Shown piece by piece: positions 61,317 to 64,000 of a DNA stretch of 64,000 bases. The position numbers and the translations under genes are program-made. Within the stretch, counting starts at the first letter, position 1. The number at the start of each line of letters is the position of its first letter. The notes under the pieces are model-generated. The model worked only from the letters and a program-made list of their open reading frames with translations, was not told the origin of the DNA and searched no databases. The DNA is taken from NCBI GenBank assembly GCA_963761335.1, contig CAVXGR010000024.1, positions 1-64,000 on the forward strand. Direction: 5' to 3'. The stretch is from an uncultured delta proteobacterium. Its GTDB lineage: Bacteria > Desulfobacterota > Binatia > HRBIN30 > BPIQ01.

Positions 61317-61802
61317 CTACTTGTGCGGCTTGGCCGGCTTCTCCGGCTTGGCGGGCTTGGCCGGCTTGGCCGGATGGCTCGGGCCCGAGTTCAGCTCAGG
61401 CTGCGGCTTGTGCGGCTTGGCCGGCTTGGCGGGCTTTGCAGGCTTGGCCGGATGGCTCGGGCCCGGGTTCAGCTCGGGCTGCGGCTTGTGCGGCTTGGCC
61501 GGCTTGGCGGGCTTTTCCGGCTTGGCCGGGTGGCTCGGGCCCGGGTTCAACTCGGGCTGCGGCTTGTGCGGCTTGGCCGGCTTGGCGGGCTTTTCCGGCT
61601 TGGCCGGGTGGCTCGGCCCGGTGTTGAGCTGCGGCTGCCCCTTGTGCGCCTTGGCCGGCTTCGCTGGCTTTGCCGGCTTTGCAGGCTTTGCGGGCTTTGC
61701 GGGTTTCGTCTGCGCCATGACCGGTGCGGCCAGAAACATGCCCAGGGCCAACCCGCCGAGCGCCGTGCTGAACGCGTGGCTCCATCTCTTGGTATGCGTC
61801 AT
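61317..61802 (-). CDS. Secreted Pro-Ala-Lys tandem-repeat protein (26-aa / 78-bp units)
   Basis: Signal peptide ending VMA-Q; repeats of PAKPEKPAKPAKPHKPQPELNPGPSH; downstream terminator on the same strand. Confidence 0.8.
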   Translation of the reverse strand: MTHTKRWSHAFSTALGGLALGMFLAAPVMAQTKPAKPAKPAKPAKPAKPAKAHKGQPQLNTGPSHPAKPEKPAKPAKPHKPQPELNPGPSHPAKPEKPAKPAKPHKPQPELNPGPSHPAKPAKPAKPAKPHKPQPELNSGPSHPAKPAKPAKPEKPAKPHK

Positions 61803-62120
61803 TCTCAATCCCCCTTGCTGAGACACCTTGATGATCACCCGTGAAAAACGCCTCACGAGCCGACTGGCTACTCACCCAACTCGACCGCTTGTACGCCTCT
61901 TAGCGTGCCGCGTTTCAATAGACAAGCGAAATCATAAAGGTCCATGTCGATTGCCGCATTTCTTCTTTTGCAACATTTTCAGCATGTGTCCTGACCGAAC
62001 CGCGGGGGGGCCCGGAGGCTGGACCAGGTGCGGATGCGGGGCAATCCAGGCAGGCCTTTTCTCTGGGAGGCGGTTCCCGCGGGCGTGGCACCGGCGAGCA
62101 AACTCGGCTAAGTACGCGCC

Positions 62121-63131
62121 ATGCCGCGTCGCTCGACGCTGTACACCGCGCTGATTGCACTGGTGCTGCTCGCCGTCCTCGGCACCGCAGGCTACGTGCT
62201 GTTTGCGGGCATGAGCGTGGCAGACGCTTTGTATATGACGGTGATCACCCTCTCCACCGTCGGCTATCGCGAGGTGCAGCCCCTGGGCACTGCCGGACGG
62301 ACCTTCACCATGGTCCTGTTGACCGGCGGTCTGGGGATTGTCTTCTACGGCGCCAGCCTGGTGGCGCGCGACATCATCGAAGGGGAGCTGCAGCGGTCCT
62401 TTGGGAGGCGCAGAGTGCAGAGACACGTCGATCGGATGGAGAATCACTTCATCGTCTGCGGTTTCGGCCGCATGGGCCGGATCGTCTGCCGGGAGCTCGC
62501 TGCCAAGCCTGCCCCGTTCGTGGTCGTCGAGCGAGATCCGGAGACCCTGCGGCATCTGACCGAGGAGGAGTTTGCCTTCGTCGAGGGGGATGCCACCGAG
62601 GACACCGTCCTCGAGCGCGCCGGCATCAAGCGCGCGCGCGCCCTGGTGGCAGCGCTCTCCAATGATTCCGACAACGTCTACGTGGTCTTGACGGCACGCG
62701 AGGCCAAGCCCGACCTGCTCATCGTGGCCCGCGCCGAGGACGAGCGCAGCGAGCGGAAGCTCATCCATGCCGGCGCCACCCGGGTGGTCTCTCCATACGT
62801 GATCGGCGGCTACCGCATGGCGCACGCGCTGCTGCGGCCGGCGGTGCTGGACGTCATCGACCTGGCGACGCACTACAGCAGCATCGAGCTCCAGATCGAG
62901 GAGGTCACCGTCGCCCCGGGCGGCTTTGCCGAGGGGAGCACGCTGGAGGAGTCGGGGATCCGCGATCAGCTCGGCATCATCGTCATCGCCATCAAGAAGG
63001 CGAGCGGCGACATGCAGTTCAATCCCGCCCCCGGCGTGCGCATCGCCGCCGGCGATCGCCTGGTGCTGATGGGCGAGACCGCGAGCCTGCAGGCGCTCGA
63101 GCGCCGCCTGCGAGGGCAGGCGGTTTCCTGA
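62121..63131 (+). CDS. Potassium channel protein with TrkA-N/TrkA-C (RCK) domains
   Basis: TLSTVGY filter, VCGFGRMG and GDAT motifs. Confidence 0.92.
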   Translation: MPRRSTLYTALIALVLLAVLGTAGYVLFAGMSVADALYMTVITLSTVGYREVQPLGTAGRTFTMVLLTGGLGIVFYGASLVARDIIEGELQRSFGRRRVQRHVDRMENHFIVCGFGRMGRIVCRELAAKPAPFVVVERDPETLRHLTEEEFAFVEGDATEDTVLERAGIKRARALVAALSNDSDNVYVVLTAREAKPDLLIVARAEDERSERKLIHAGATRVVSPYVIGGYRMAHALLRPAVLDVIDLATHYSSIELQIEEVTVAPGGFAEGSTLEESGIRDQLGIIVIAIKKASGDMQFNPAPGVRIAAGDRLVLMGETASLQALERRLRGQAVS

Positions 63132-64000
63132 TCAGGCGCGCAAGACGCGCCCGGCGCGGCCCGAGGAGTCGTAGCGGTCGCCGTCGAGCACGTGTCTGCC
63201 GTTGATCAACACGTGCTCGATGCCGACGGGATGGCGGTCGGGGGCGGCGAAGGTGGCGGTATCGCGCAGGGCGGTAGGATCGAGGATCACCAGATCGGCG
63301 GCGCAACCGGCCTTCACCCAGCCGCGATCCGTCCAGCCGAGGCGCTCGGCCGCCGCGCCGGTCATCTTGTGGACGGCCTCCTCGAAGGAAAACAGCCCGG
63401 CGTTGACGTACGTGCTGAGAACACGGGGAAAGGTTCCGTAGCTGGCCGGGTTCTGGTGCCCCTCGCGGGTGACGAAGGTATCGGTCTCGATGGTGCAGAG
63501 GGGATGGGCCAGCACCGCCCGCAGAGGCTCCTCGGAGTCGCTGTCACCGCTGTAGGTATGGATGAGAACCCGGGCATTGCGATGGCTGTCCACCACCAGG
63601 CGGCAGTAGAAATCGAAGGCGTCCATTCCTTCGCGTTCGGCGGCCTCGGTGACGCGCAGGCCATTGTAGCCGTTCCAGCGGGGCAGATTGCAGTTCATGA
63701 TCTGAATGTCGCTGAGATTGAAGCCGAGACTGGCGAAGGCGGCGTCGGCGAACTGGCGCAGATTGTGGCGCTCTTCCTCGTCGGCGAGAACCTGCTCCAG
63801 TCGCGGTAGGACCCATGGGGGGAAGATGACACTCGCGGTGGTATTGCCGGCGGTGTACGGGAAGGCGTCGAAGGCGACGTCGAGCCCGTCGCCGCGGGCC
63901 TGCTCGATCACCTGCAACGCCTCGAGATGGCTGGGCCAGGTGGTGCGCCCGACGAAGATCAGATGGCTGATCTGCAGGCGCACGGCGGCGGCCGCGCCGA
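63132..64000 (-). CDS. N-acyl-D-amino-acid deacylase / amidohydrolase (5' part outside window)
   Basis: ISH, FPYTAG, YGTFPRVL, AVHKMTG, ADLVILD motifs. Confidence 0.88.
   Translation of the reverse strand, partial: GAAAAVRLQISHLIFVGRTTWPSHLEALQVIEQARGDGLDVAFDAFPYTAGNTTASVIFPPWVLPRLEQVLADEEERHNLRQFADAAFASLGFNLSDIQIMNCNLPRWNGYNGLRVTEAAEREGMDAFDFYCRLVVDSHRNARVLIHTYSGDSDSEEPLRAVLAHPLCTIETDTFVTREGHQNPASYGTFPRVLSTYVNAGLFSFEEAVHKMTGAAAERLGWTDRGWVKAGCAADLVILDPTALRDTATFAAPDRHPVGIEHVLINGRHVLDGDRYDSSGRAGRVLRA

Noticed and set aside
61174..61821. Plus-strand Gly-Leu-Ala repeat ORF (collagen-like)
   Set aside because: Antisense shadow of the PAK gene; the signal peptide, RBS and terminator all favour the minus strand.

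Overview
High-GC bacterial chromosomal segment of mostly housekeeping and metabolic genes. The dockerin/cohesin-like secreted proteins with Thr/Pro-rich linkers suggest a Candidatus Binatia-like deltaproteobacterium; this is inference only. Main contents: a sulfate ABC operon (sbp-cysT-cysW-cysA, frameshift-rich toward the left edge, probably sequencing error) with an XRE-cupin regulator, a shared palindromic operator and a candidate Met-Cys-Met leader-peptide attenuator; smpB, ku, aceE, moaA, serS, copA, egtB, an Fpg/Nei glycosylase, a cyclophilin, sensor kinases and FixJ-type regulators; and several unusual secreted repeat proteins. Many intergenic gaps carry palindromic repeats: GTAG-type REP pairs, 77-bp GGGGAC elements, inverted 7-8-mer arrays and MITE-like elements. 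The most striking element is an apparently intact IS110 (about 58717-60130) inserted into a REP-like hairpin. Its downstream non-coding end contains segments matching both its own circle junction and its target flank, so it is a candidate bridge RNA with readable guides. No rRNA, tRNA or CRISPR array was found.
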